This document shows positions 1-13,878 of a stretch of DNA of 64,000 nt, piece after piece; position 1 is the first letter of the stretch; each line of letters begins with the position of its first letter. Both the position numbers and the translations under genes were made by a program. The notes beneath the pieces were generated by a model. The model did not search any database. It saw only the letters and a list, made by a program, of their open reading frames with translations, and was not told the origin of the DNA. Source of the stretch: Eledone cirrhosa (lineage: Eukaryota); assembly GCA_964016885.1 (NCBI GenBank), contig OZ024740.1, forward strand, positions 376,960,001 through 377,024,000, read 5' to 3'.

Positions 1-647
1 AATACGAAAACACCTGTAACCAAATTATTCCTGAATTCCAAATGCAAATACTATGCCATAACAATAAACCTGTATATGTACAGCTTCATATCAGTTAAAA
101 ACATATAGTGAACCCATAGAAATAGGAAAATCAACTGCGGATTATGGTAAGGTTGAATGTCATTGCTTGTGACTACCCAGTATTTGCCAGTGTAGCACAG
201 CGGGAGCTATCGCACTATGGAAATTGTGCCAGTATTACTAGAATAGTATTATGGAATAGCAACAGACAATATAAATTCGCATCACTAGATGTTACAGATA
301 ATAACAAAATTACAATACTCTGAGATATGCCAAATCAAACATTCGGAGAAATTAAGTTATATTGTCCAGATACTATTATTAACGAACACCAGGCAAAACG
401 ATATGTTCCAATCGCTGTATCAATTCCAATGGATGACAATAGAAGAAATAGAGAAACTATTAAAATATTGAGAATTGAAAAAAGAAACATAATAGGTTTC
501 TTGGAAATAACCAACAGGATTTACACATATACCCTATAGTGCAAATATCCATACAAGGCACTGCAGACATATAATGTAGAGTAGTTTCAATGCAATAGAA
601 ATGAAAATCACAAAACGCAAAACTCAAACTAAACGTTGCACATAAAT

Positions 648-813
648 AATTGTTTCTACTTTAGGGACAAGGCCGGCAATTACCTCAGTGCATTACTGGT
701 GCTTTATTTTATGGACCCCGTAAGGATGAAAGGCAAAGCTAACCTCGGCGGGATTTGAACTCAGAACGTAAAGGGCAATAACTCTATGCTGCAACCGATA
801 CTGCCAATCCACT
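648..813 (-). mobile_element. tRNA-derived SINE (Meta-core-like)
   Basis: Minus strand reads TGGCAGTATCGG (A box), GTTCAAATCC (B box), CTTTGCCTTTCATCCTTACGGGGTC core, then an AGAAACAATTATT tail; many copies in this window. Confidence 0.85.
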
Positions 814-974
814 AGTCACACGGGTCTTACATCAAGAAAACATAGGACGACTAGGACGATACTGTGTGACTTTTTGCGTGTAAAAGAATCCCACAGTCGG
901 AGATAAACATCTGGGTTCACAGTTAAGGAAAAGCGGGAAACATCATAGCCCCAGTGCATGTTTTCGCATCATCA

Positions 975-1140
975 GCCACAATATGCACAGTGCTAGGTGT
1001 TGACAGTAAATGGACCACCTGCCATTGGCACGCGTCCCTTCCACAACAAGTGAAAGGACAAACATTCCAGTGCAGTCAGACGTTGACCAGGACATGGCAC
1101 GATGGTCAAGCTGTTGTAGATGATGGATGCGATGTAGTAC
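975..1140 (-). pseudogene. Degenerate L1/Tx1 ORF2 fragment
   Basis: YIASIIYNSLTIVPCPGQRLTALECLSFHLLWKGRVP aligns with YIASVIYYRLTVVPCPRPRLVKLERLLFKFLWRGQVP in ORF 37066..39216. Confidence 0.75.
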
Positions 1141-1427
1141 ATGTTATCAATACTGAAAGGAAGAATGACAAAGTTGACATCGATGGGTATTGAATTCATT
1201 TCGTAAAGAGTCGGAACTACAGTATTAATATAGAGTACTAGTAATGTTGCTATCTTCACCCTATTGATGCATTAAGTGTGGCCGAAACTCGAGTGCAGGT
1301 ACCCATTTAAGTGTGTTGTATTGAAGCAATAACTATGAGTCTACTCTGGAATTTTACATCACATTACCTATTGAGTACGCTGAGATGCAACCGGTATTAG
1401 CAGTGAAACCCATGCTAGTCCTGTCAA

Positions 1428-1429
<2 letters not shown>

Positions 1430-1466
<37 letters not shown>

Positions 1467-1489
1467 ATGTATGTATGTGTGTGCGTGTG

Positions 1490-1561
<72 letters not shown>
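1430..1561. repeat. (TA)n/(TG)n microsatellite
   Basis: Directly visible; similar tracts at about 1918-2085, 3660-3770, 4033-4087, 4637-4735, 15100-15216, 58648-58775 and 58976-59056. Confidence 0.95.
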
Positions 1562-1565
<4 letters not shown>

Positions 1566-1624
1566 CACACGCACAAAAAAATGAGGTATCCTCTTGATAA
1601 GTCGGCAGACCTCGCAAAGACTCT

Positions 1625-1918
1625 ATATCTTTATGATGTATTGTTTTTGTTTATGCCACGAAACTACGTAGTCGAGGAATTTAGGAGCAGTTTAGGTATG
1701 ATACATTTTATTACTAATTATATCTAAATGTTTCTTCTCTCTTCATAATGTATTTTTAACTCTGATACTGGTGCAGTCTGATTCAACCGGATTGGTCTGT
1801 CCCAGTTATTCATTGAGCAACATCGGTAAGGTTGGCACCATTAACTCACGGTTGGGTGTGGATGCATTCATGTATATGTGTGTGTCCGCATGTATCTGTG
1901 TGTTTCTAAATATATTGT
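1625..1918 (+). repeat. PLE pseudo-LTR-like interspersed repeat with hammerhead relic
   Basis: Homologous to 15217-15502 (minus); contains CCAC-GAAAC-TACGTA-GTC with palindromic stem III; runs into (TA)n. Confidence 0.6.
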
Positions 1919-1927
1919 TATATATAC

Positions 1928-2090
<163 letters not shown>

Positions 2091-3664
2091 GAGATGGCAC
2101 GACAGTTTTTTTACCAATGACACTCGTATTGTGTTAGACTACCAAAGTAGTCAATGAGCCAGACTACGTAGTTGTTTAACCAAACCACTTGCAAGAAATA
2201 ACAGTCAAATCTTTCTTAAAAACAGAAAGCAGGTGGATAAATTTAGTAATTTTAAAGGCACAATGTTTGGCAAAAGTAGAGGGAGTGTCATGATTGGACG
2301 CCTTTAATAATAGGCTTCCTCGCTCGGTATTTATCGAGGGTTAAACATCAACAATAACAGGAAATTCTACGTATCTTGAAACAATCGATCTAGTAGAGAA
2401 CATATTTGTCCTAGATATAACCGACTGATGAGAGGAGCTAAGTATAGCCTTTCAAACTAACGAAACACTAATCAGTTGTACATACGATAGTGAACAGCTT
2501 TCTTGATAGAACAATCTAAATCCTAGTAGGTACTACTGGACACATATTACAAACAACTGATCCTTTAACTTATAGTTCGATAATCTTTGATTCCAGTCAT
2601 CTTACTCTGAAATCTATTGGTCTCACTAATTCGCATGAAGCCGATGTATTATTATTGTTATTATTTGCGGTTATTATTGAGAGCTGTTACTGTGTTTTTC
2701 TAAACGGTTTTAACTGTTCATGTAAGTTCCTATTGTTCATGTTATTGTAGTTGCTCTTGTTTTCATATTTGCTGTGCTTGAGAATAACATATGTGCTACT
2801 GAGTATATGATATTTTAGTTATTGCTATTTTAGTTTCTATCGTTTCGATTAGGCAAAATGAAAGATGGGGTAATGCGACATTCATACCTTTCTAAAATAC
2901 ATTGTTTGTGTAAAGAAAATAAACGTATGTCAACTGACAGGACTATGTTTGTTAGTCTATGGCTTCAGGGTGTATTGTTTATATAACACATGATTTTGCT
3001 TTGGCACTTGTTTTATTTTCGATGAAAATAATATTACGGAATAGAAATACAAATCAGTCTCTAGATAATATAGTGTATGTTTTTATATGTTTAATGCAGT
3101 ATAGTGACGTGTAGACATGTAGAGCGATGTAGACAGTTATATTATAGAACACATTTTTAATATAGGGAAGCAAAGTATTTTACTGCTTCCACTATCAAGT
3201 TTGTACCTAAAATCATTTCAAATTCTATTAATCTTCAATCTCCTGAGAATAGAGAGTAGCAGAGACAGATGAATATAAATATATAAATGCGGAATAGCTT
3301 TTAAGCCTCATTTTTTTTCTTCAAATCACGATGAAGTTAGATGTCTTTCATCTATCAAGAGTTAATAAAATTAAGTACTAGAAATGCATTTGGTTCAGTC
3401 AATCGATTGTATTCCACCACTCATTGCAAATGTTAAGCCTTCTGTCCAAAGTGAAATTCAATACTTCGAATTGCGTTTTTATTCTATATTCACTTTTGTC
3501 GTTCATGCTGGCACTGCTGCTATTGTCGATATCTGCGCTGCAGTTTGGATAGCGAGTTCCTGTTATTCAGCCCCAAAGCCACCAGCTTTGAAGTGTTTTC
3601 AGACGTGATAACCATGTCTTACCTTTATATCATGGACTACATTTCCAGTGTGTTATCGTTTATA

Positions 3665-3711
<47 letters not shown>

Positions 3712-3712
3712 A

Positions 3713-3771
<59 letters not shown>

Positions 3772-4029
3772 TAATAATAATAATAATTATAATTATATAT
3801 ATATATATGTATATATAGTATTAATAGTATTAAGGATACTATTTATGGTTATGCATATACAAAAACCTTTTGTAGTTATATATATTTTTTCAAACCCTAA
3901 ATAGTGATAGGCAGTAATATATTACTACCTTATTACCAGTTTGGAGTAATATAATACTACCTTATTATCGGTTTGGAGGAAACAATTGTAAGCATATAAA
4001 TGATTTGAACAGAACTCTGATTCATATAA

Positions 4030-4090
<61 letters not shown>

Positions 4091-4632
4091 GGTAATGTAT
4101 ATTTCAGTTGAAGTGAATAATAGTGACCCTCTCGTCATACTGGGTGAGTGTATGAAACTTTTCAAATCTTAATGTTACTGTAATACTATTAATTTCCTTA
4201 TCATCCAAAGAAGTGGTGTGCCAACCATGTATGTAGCCTATTTATAGAATGGGATACTGAAACCATATAAACATTACGAATCAGACGCCAGTTGAGATGA
4301 TAATAAACAACATAGAGATTTCTCTTCCAGATGTATTACAAAAGCTTTAAAAAATTATGGCCGTTTTCTGATTGTTTTGTAAATGACAGCCCATTTTTTA
4401 AGTATATATAATTGATTACACACTAGAGAGATACTCTGCAAACAATGATAGAATAAAAACAGTACTGATTTATTTTGGAAAATAAAGCCATAATCAAAAA
4501 TACCAAAAAGGCGCTATGGTCATTGTTAATGTAGTTTTTGATAAGTAATTCAAAGATCAGCAGTGAACATAACTCAAACAGCGGCATGCCATCTCACTAA
4601 TCAAGACATATCACTATGTTTTAACAATAGAT

Positions 4633-4738
<106 letters not shown>

Positions 4739-4768
4739 AAAGAATAGAGGTGTAACACACAAGTTATG

Positions 4769-5284
<516 letters not shown>

Positions 5285-5474
5285 GGGGGGGGTATGTGTG
5301 TGTGTGTGTGAATATGTACATGTGTGCGAGTGTGTGTATGAGTGCACTACGGAAATATACTGTCAAAAATGATGGGATAAAAACAGTGCTGTTGTAGTTT
5401 AGAAAATAAAAATATAAGGAAAATGAATCAAAGGAAAGCGAAGGTCATTCGTAATGTAGTTTCTGGTAAGTTTA

Positions 5475-5625
5475 GGCGCAGGTGTAGCTATGTGGTTAAG
5501 GAGAGTACTTCGCAAGGACGTTGTTCTGATATCAGGACCATGAGCAAGTGACCTCTGTTCTAGCATCCAGTTGACCAATGCCTTTTCAGTGGAATTCGGT
5601 AGACGGAAATTACAGAAGCTTGTCA
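5475..5625 (+). mobile_element. Degenerate tRNA-derived SINE (CORE-like)
   Basis: GGCGCAGGTGTAGCTATGTGGTTAAG head, CCATGAGCAAGTG core relic, GGTAGACGGAAATTACAGAAGC tail. Confidence 0.55.
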
Positions 5626-5629
5626 TGTG

Positions 5630-5661
<32 letters not shown>

Positions 5662-5669
5662 CGTGTGTG

Positions 5670-6071
5670 TGTGTTACCATTACACCATCACGCCACCCAT
5701 GCTTCCTTCCATTCCATTAGAAGCTATATAACCATATATAAATAGGGAGGCACAAAGCAGGCTTTGTTTAGAAACAGCTAGCGAATTTGAAAGTTAGGTA
5801 GTAACATGTCTTTACGCCGTATTTAGGATAGGATTAGTCTTGGTGGCGTGTAGGAGTGATGGTAACACATTGGTCCGGCAAACCAAAGATGTGAGTTCGT
5901 GTCCCATGTACGTCAATAATCATCCTTTTTCCATTCACAGGTTTTTTTTTTAAATCCCAACTAACACACTAACTCTATTTAGTCAAATATGGCGTAAGCA
6001 CATGTTACTACCTAATTTTCAAATTCGCTAACTGTTTCTAAACAAAGCCTGCTTTGTACGTCCCTATTTAT

Positions 6072-6072
<1 letters not shown>
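5670..6072. mobile_element. Fold-back repeat with about 88-bp inverted arms enclosing a tRNA-like sequence
   Basis: 5737-5824 is the reverse complement of 5985-6072; flanked by (GT)n and (CA)n/(TA)n. Confidence 0.75.
5845..5915 (+). tRNA. tRNA-Ala(GGC)-like sequence, probably a pseudogene or repeat-borne
   Basis: Acceptor GGCGTGT/GTACGTC, D loop with TGG, anticodon arm TTGGT-CCGGCAA-ACCAA, T arm GTGAG-TTCGTGT-CCCAT; TTTTT about 10 nt downstream. Confidence 0.6.
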
Positions 6073-6130
<58 letters not shown>

Positions 6131-6589
6131 TACACACACATATATATATATATATATAACTTTAATCTGTTAATTTAATAAATATATATATATATCTTAA
6201 GCAGCTGAGAAAGTGAGTTACTACATCTGGCTCCAAAGAGAAGTTGAAAGGGGGTGGGGTGGGGCTGGGGGTGGGGGGCTTGACGCATTGAGATAAATGG
6301 AGATATTCGCTCGGAGTCATAACATCAGGCCCATCAAATTCCATGCTGTACTGACGCGTTGAGAGTGACAGCATCAGACACCCAAAAGATTGTGCTGTTG
6401 AGCAGGAGTTTCATCACCTACATTGGTGGGTGACTGCTAGTAGGTCGGGTATCGCGTTGGAAGACGACGAAGCACATACAGAGTTACTTCACCGCCTGAT
6501 GAGTCGTCAGCTCCTGTATTTGGAAAGGGAGTACAATAACACCTCACTTCAGATCTGCTGTTCCGAAGCATATATATATAGGTATATAT

Positions 6590-9220
6590 AGGGCCGGTAA
6601 AATTCCCGAGGCCATGGACGAGTTCACTCCAGCGGTCTCTGTCCCTCATCATTGCTGCCATGTCCTGCGTCTCCAAGAGACCTGTGTCTGTTCTTAGGGC
6701 ATCAACATATGTCAACCTCGGTCTCCCTCTTCTATTGTGTCCGTGTAGAGGCTCCCACAGGAGCACTGAGTGCAGTATCAACTCTGAATGCCGGTGAGCA
6801 TGACCAGCTAACCTCAGTCACCTCTGTGTTACTTTCGAGCTGACTTTTAGGAGGCTACCGTACAGCTCTGAGTTCTTCATCCTCAGTGTATATTGATTAA
6901 TGTTCAGAGACATCCTCAGCATTCTCGTGTAGCACCCATCCACCATCTGAGTGAGTTTTTTGGTCAGTGTCCAAGTCCCAGACCCGTACAGTAGCACAGA
7001 CTGCACTGTAGCAACGAAGAGACGGATCTTCAGGTCTTTACGAAGGTCCGCCTTCCACACCGATCTCAAGCTGTGGAACGCCGCTCAGGCTTTGCTCTTC
7101 ATCTCAACGACATCATCCTCTGTGTTCCCAATCTTTGCTCGCCTACATTGGTAATCTTCCCTGGCTTCTTAATATTCTCTACCAGATACTTCATCTTAAT
7201 CTCATTCATTCTCAGTCCCACACTCATCGACACAGTCTCCACCTACTGCATCAACTCCCCTGCCTCCTTCATTGCGTTTGTTACCAGAGCTATGTTTCAG
7301 CAAATTCAGCATCTGATATCTTTTACGTCTTAACTCTCCTGCTCTAAACCAGTGCTACAGTAAAACCAGAGTCCTGGTGTTTATCCAGCGCAAGGCGCAT
7401 ACAGTAGTCCACTGCGATGATAAAAAGGTAGGGAGCCCATGTATCTCACTGGAACACTCCAGCCAGTATCTCAAAAAATCCGTCATCCCATCAGGTGTAA
7501 TGACTTGGGTTTTGGTGTTGGTGTAGAGCAGTGATATCAAACCCACTATTTTCTTGGGGATTCCATAAAGCTGTAAGGTCTTCATCAGACGGTGACGGTC
7601 CACAAAATCAAAGGCCTTGCTAAAGTCAATAAATACCATGACAGCAGGAAGGCTCTTTGCTATAGCTCCCTCTAATATCCTCCTCAGCATCAAGATGTGA
7701 CTGGTGGTTGATCTTCCCTCTCTGAAGCCGTTCTGGTTGTCCCTCAGCTTCTTCTCCATCTAGGACTGGATTCTTTTAAGAATCATCCTGTTGAGGGTCT
7801 TTGCCACAAGTGACGTCAGTTGGATCCCTCTGTAGTTGTTGATGTTAGAGAGATCTCCCTTCTTTGGAACTGGGATGATGTTACTGATCCTCCACTGATT
7901 CGGGCAACTTCTTTCTCCAGTGCCTGGTTACAGAACTCCAGGATGATATCATCAAATTCACACCGCTTCATCACCTCTGATGTCACTCCATCTTCTCCAT
8001 GAGCCTTGCCCTTGGTCCTGTCTCAATATCCAGTTCCTCAAACAGCTGTCTGACCTCCCCAGTGTTCTGGGCTGTGGAGGGCGGCTCTCCTAGTAGAGTC
8101 CTAAAATGGTCTAGCCATTTCCTCTTCCTATCCTCGGGCTCTGCTCCTTGGGTCTGAGTCGAACCCCCTTTCTTCTCCCTGTGTTCTCGTTGATGATCAT
8201 CCAGCTCTCTTTACACCTAGACCTGTCAACCACTCTCTCCATACTTCTGATCTTCTCTATCAGCGCCTCCTCTCTGGCCTCAATGTAAGCGGTACAGAGT
8301 TCTTCCCTCATCCCCTCCATATTCTCCTTCCTCTCCTCCGTAGGATCAGCATAGTATTGGTCCTTGACAGCTTTCATGTGTTCTCTGGTTGCACACACTT
8401 TTGGGTCTGCAGAGCTGACGTTCTTCCGCTTCTTCTCTCTCCTCGGCACCAGAATCTCAATTGCTTCTGCTACTGCATTGGTGAAGTACCCGTACCTCCT
8501 TGTCACACTCTCCTCAGTCCCTCTAATCTCTCTTTCCTCTGCCTCTCTACACAGAGCACTGAGCCTATTCCTAACTTCTACTATATACCTCTCCTGTAGT
8601 GTATCATCTTCCTTGAAAGCTCCCCAGTCATAGATTACTCTTCGGGGCTGATCCTTACTCTTTCTTAAGCTCACCCGGACCTCACTCATAATAAGCCGGT
8701 GGTCACTGCCCAGTGTACTGAAATAACTGTATGGTTCTGAGTTCAGAACACTATTCCGCCACTTTTTCCTCACCAGAATGAAATCAATCTGAGACTTGGA
8801 CAGGTGTATATCAGAGATGTAGATCCACATCTTCCCCGGATTCTTCCTAAACCTTAGGTTGGTTGCTATCAAGTTCGCCTCCAGAAGGCTATCCCTCAGT
8901 AGTCTTCCATTTCGGTTGGTATTGTTATGGAAGTACCAGCAAGGATCTTCACTGCTCTCCTTACTCAGATGTGCATTGAAGTCACCTAGAACAAGCAGGA
9001 TGTTATGAGCTGGTGTGGTGTTGACAGCTCTACACACTTCCTCATGGAACTCCTCTGTACTCACATCACTGTCTCCCTCCGTTGGGCTATATGCTGAGAT
9101 GACTGTCAGTCTTGGGTTTCATTGAAGGTCACCCTCAACACTCTCGGAGAGACAGGTATCATTTCCCTCACCAATAGGTCGGTTGTTGCACTGAACACAA
9201 AACCCACTCTTCCTACTGCG
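6590..9220 (-). mobile_element. RTE-clade LINE (APE + RT), 5'-truncated and frameshifted
   Basis: ORFs show LGDFNAH, QIDFILV and SDHR (APE), QNGFREGRST and FIDFSKAFD (RT), SVLLYGSGTWTLT and RRGRPRLTY (RTE C-terminus). Confidence 0.88.
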
Positions 9221-9264
9221 AAAATCAACCAAACAGTGAGTGTGTTCTGTTATTATTTCTGGCA

Positions 9265-9451
9265 AGGGCGGTGAATTGGCAGTATCGGTAGAGGCTCGGA
9301 CATGCTTTCCAGCATAGTTACGTCCCTTTATGATCTGAGTTCAAATCCCGCCGAGGTTAACTTTGCCTTTCATCCATACGGGGTCGATAAAATAAAGTAC
9401 CAGTAATGTACTGGGTAATTGCTGGCCTTGTGCCAAAAGTAGAAACAATTA
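9265..9451 (+). mobile_element. tRNA-derived SINE (Meta-core-like)
   Basis: A box, B box, core and AGAAACAATTATT tail. Confidence 0.88.
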
Positions 9452-9471
9452 TTTCTGGCAATATTATTACA

Positions 9472-9651
9472 GGCAGTGTCGGTAGAGGGTCGGACGCCAT
9501 GCTTTGAAGCATAGAGTTACCTCCCTGTATGATCTGAGTTCAAATCCCGCCGAGGTTAACTTTGCCTTTCATCCTTACGGGGTCGATAAAATAAAGTACT
9601 AGTAATGCACTGGGTAATTGCTGGCCTTGTGCCAAACGTAGAACCAATTAT
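9472..9651 (+). mobile_element. tRNA-derived SINE (Meta-core-like), tandem second copy
   Basis: Same family immediately downstream of the previous copy. Confidence 0.88.
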
Positions 9652-9659
9652 TACAACAA

Positions 9660-12300
9660 TATGACCCTCCCCAAGTATAACAATATACCCGAGAACAGCT
9701 CGACTCCTTTCTCTCCTTCTTCTGCTCCGTCCACCCCTCCCTCCACTTCACCACCTCTATCTCCACCACCCACGTCCACTTCTTAGACATCTCCGTCGCC
9801 TTCGACCCCTCCCACCACTCCCTCGTCACCTCCGCCTTCTTCAAACCCACCGACTCCCACTCTTACCTCGACTTCACCTCCTCCCACCTCACCCACACTA
9901 AACACTCCATTCCCTACTCCCAACTCCTCAGGATCCGCCGCCTCTGTAGCCGAGATGCTGACTTCGAGTCCCAGGCCCTTTCCCTAGTCAGCCATTTCAT
10001 CCGCAGAGGTTACCCCCCTCTCTCGTCCACACCGCTCTCACCCGCGCCCGTGCTGTCCACCGCTCCACCACCCTCACCCCACGCCACCGCACACCCACCC
10101 ACCGTCTCCCCTTCCCCATCACCTACAACCCCTCCACCTACCCCTCCACCGCACCATCCGCCACCTATTCCGACGCCTCCAGTACGACCCCTCCACCTCC
10201 CACATCTTCCCAACCCCACCACTCCCCTTCTTCAAACGCGCACGCAATCTCCGCACCCTCCTCGTCAACAGCTCCCTACCGCCCAACCCACGCTCTGTTC
10301 CCTCCCCCCCGGTTCCTTTCCCTGTTCTAGGCCCCGCTGCAACACCTGTCCCCACATCACCAACACCACCACCTTCCAGGGTCCCAACGGCCACTCTCTC
10401 TCTGTCCGGCATGCCTTCCGCTGCACATCCTCCAACCTAGTCTACGGACTTCGCTGCACAGAGTGCAGCGCGACTTATGTCGGACAGACGGGACGTCGCC
10501 TGGCGGACCGATTCACTAAGCACCTCCGGGATATTCGTCTCGGTGGTAGTTACCCCATCGACCGCCACTTTGGTGGCCCTGGACATTCCGCACGCCATCT
10601 CACAGTCTGTGGGCTACTCCAATGCCACAGAACACCCGCCAATCTCCTTAGAGTCGAACAAACAACTATCTTCATCTTACAGACCCACACTCCCCCCGGC
10701 CTGAACTCCCCACCCTTATTCCTTTAGCCTTCGACCGCCCCCTCCCCCCACACTTATCCCCCACTAACACCACTAACACACCCCTCTTTTTCACCGCCCA
10801 CCCCGCAACTAACAATACTAACACCTCCACTCCACCCCTCATCCGACCACCCTTCCCCAACTAACATACTAACATCCCTCCCTTCTTCTCCTCCCCCCCC
10901 CCTCCTTATCATACGCACACACCCACCGGCACATATATACACGCGCTCACACTAAACACACACCCTACTACCACCACTAACCCTCACCCACACACCTCCA
11001 TCCCACCACCCCGCAACTAACCTCACTAACACCCCCTGACCCCAAGCACACGAACACACGCACCCACTTACACCACCCACCCCATACGCAACTAACATCA
11101 CTAACACCCTCCCCCCAACCCCACGCACACGTACCCACACACCCTCGTACACCACCAACTCTACACACCCTACCACCACTAACCCCCACTCACACCTGCA
11201 TTCAACCCTTCCCCACCTCCCGTATACTAACACCCACTAACACCCCTTCATCAAACTACACACACACCAGTACACCACACTCCCTCCATAGAAGTACACA
11301 CGTCCTTCTCTCCCCGCTCCACCCACACCCTCGCTCCACACTCACTCATCCCACTAACACCTCTACTAATACACACACACACCCTCCACACTCCCACTTT
11401 CACACCTACCCATCCTCGCCCCTTTACCATTCCACCGACTGCTGCTATTCCCTCTGACCACCTCCCAGCACAAACAGACACACAGCACTCCCACCGCTTG
11501 ACCACTTCCTGTTGCGCGCGCACCCCACATCTCTCCTCTACCGACCATCTCTTCATGGAATACTCGTATGTGGAACTTGACCACCACGGAATCTACTAAA
11601 CATCATAGGAATTTACCAACTTTTCAACCATCCTCTTACGGAATCACCTATATAACTCACCCGCACACACACCCAAAAAAATTGTTTCTCCCACAACACG
11701 CTTAAACCCCACAAACACGTGCTTTCCACCACATATTTACACCCTCAGCCTCCTGATTCCTCTCCCCCCACCTTTCTATCCACACACGCACAGACACTCC
11801 GACCTACAACCCTCCCCCCCCCCCACACACACACACACCTCTTCCTGAACATGCAACCCCGTTCTTCCCCCAACCCTTACTTTCACATACACACACACAC
11901 ACACACCACCTTCAGCCCTCCCCGCTCGGACACCCCGTCTCTTTCTCCCCACTCCACCCGCCACTACCCATACACACCCCACACCCTTCCACCACCTGTT
12001 TTACCCCTTTTTAATTTCAGTTTATTTTGATCATGCTTTTATATTTAATTTTATTTCATTCCTTGTATTTTGATCATGCTTTATTTTTATTTTTATTTTT
12101 AATTTCATTCGCACCGTTTCCTTTCGCTATATGTCTCTCCACCACTCCCCTACACACCCTTTGAACTCTGTTCCCACACACTTCTCACCTGAGGAAGGGC
12201 TTATGCCCGAAACGTCGTTCCCCAACCCCACCCCACTCTCCAGAGCGTGAAATTAATAAACATTCGTTGTACTGCCTCTCTGTTTTGTTCCTGTTCAAAT
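9660..12300 (+). mobile_element. Penelope-like element (Neptune-type), 5'-truncated
   Basis: Thumb FKPTDSHSYL..SIPYSQLLRIRRLCS, CSRPRCNTC zinc motif, GIY-YIG VYGLRC..YVGQTGR..RF..H ending at 10727, long C/A-rich 3' region, HHR motif and AATAAA. Confidence 0.88.
12186..12219 (+). ncRNA. Minimal PLE-type hammerhead motif
   Basis: CTGAGGA-A-GGGC-TTAT-GCCC-GAAA-CGTC; stem I is weak. Confidence 0.65.
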
Positions 12301-12308
12301 TTTTCCAT

Positions 12309-12366
<58 letters not shown>

Positions 12367-12409
12367 GACGAAACATAAGTCAATTGCATGAACTCATAAT
12401 CCTTTATTT

Positions 12410-12465
12410 ACTGCTATATACATTTCGATGATAGCCATCGAATGGCTATGACCTCATCAGCAGTT
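12410..12465 (-). ncRNA. Type I hammerhead-like motif
   Basis: AACTG-CTGATGA-GGTCATAGCCA-TTCGA-TGGCTATCATC-GAAA-TGTATATA-G-CAGT followed by AATAAA; one extra nt at the cleavage site. Confidence 0.6.
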
Positions 12466-13823
12466 AGTCAGTTCTTAGATATGCCAGCTCCGTGTGTATA
12501 GTGTTAATGGTATCAGAGCCTTGGGACATATGAGCTTGCTAGGAATACTTTGATGTTGTTAGCAGGAATAGTCTTGATTCTCATTGGTCAGTTTGTAGAT
12601 GGTAGTAGGTTGGTATTTGACATCAAAGAGGCAGGTGGTTCTGTAAGGTTCAAACCGTCAGGCAAGATGACAATAGTTCCACATGACTGATTTTCACAAA
12701 AGGCCTTCTTGGTCAGATATATTTTCAAATAAAGTTAATAGTATGAAAATAGATACTACAGGTCATTCTTAAATCGAGGAATTTATGTGGAGTGGTGCAA
12801 CTGAAAATTATGGTTGGAGTAGAAAATTTACAAATAAAAAGGCTTATGTAGGTTGGCTTGCACTACACTCACACCCACCTCCACAGACACACACACACAT
12901 CCACACATACAAAATGTGGGGTGGTAATACTTAATATAATGGTTAGAGTCCAATACTTAGATAGTTTAGAAAATTTAGAAATAAAAGGTTTATGCTGATT
13001 CACTTGTACATACACTCACACCTAGCCCCTCAAACACTCACACATCTACACACATAAATCCATACAGGTGTGTATATATATATATGCATGTACGCACAAG
13101 TATACACATATATATATATATACAGAACATACATATATATAAAATATATACATACAAAAATATAAAAAATATATATATACATAGAATACACACGCACACA
13201 CAAAATATATACACACGTAAAACATACTTATATATATATAAAAAAATACACACACACATACGAACTTATATATATAAAATAGATACATACAGATACGCAT
13301 ACATATAAAATACGCATACATACACATATAAAATACACATATATATACACATGATACACATAAATATATATATAAAATCAGGTTCAATAAAACATTGTTT
13401 AGATGACTCCTAACCAGTAGAGGAACCGGTGGACCATCCACCATAAGGACCGCAAACTATGGGTGGTTGTTGTAGTCCATTGGTCATTGGTACGGGGTGT
13501 AGGGGACCTACCGGGGGGGGGGGGCTTGTGGGAGGCCATAACCGGGGTTTATCCATATAGTTTGTGGAAAGTTCCCGTCCTTAGGTGTCTGCAGGTACCG
13601 ATAAGTCGACCCTTCTGTTTAATAGCTTGGTTCCGCCATGAAGAATCTCGAGTGTCTCACTAAGACAGAGGTTGAAAATACCAGACCCGCCTCTGTCTGG
13701 GGGAACCTTTCTAACCACGGACCAGACCAGAGAGTGCGGGGTCCTTTCAAGTTTGAGCTTCCAGATCAATTCAGAAAGGGCCGTACATTTCCTCTTATCT
13801 ATTCTGTTAAAGGAATGGCGATG

Positions 13824-13871
<48 letters not shown>

Positions 13872-13878
<7 letters not shown>

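Noticed and set aside
9265-9345. SINE heads as tRNA genes
   Set aside because: No complete cloverleaf; the sequence continues into the SINE core
13636-13690. ATGAAGA-ATCTC..GAGGT-TGAAA hammerhead-like motif
   Set aside because: Core mismatches and no stem I or stem III
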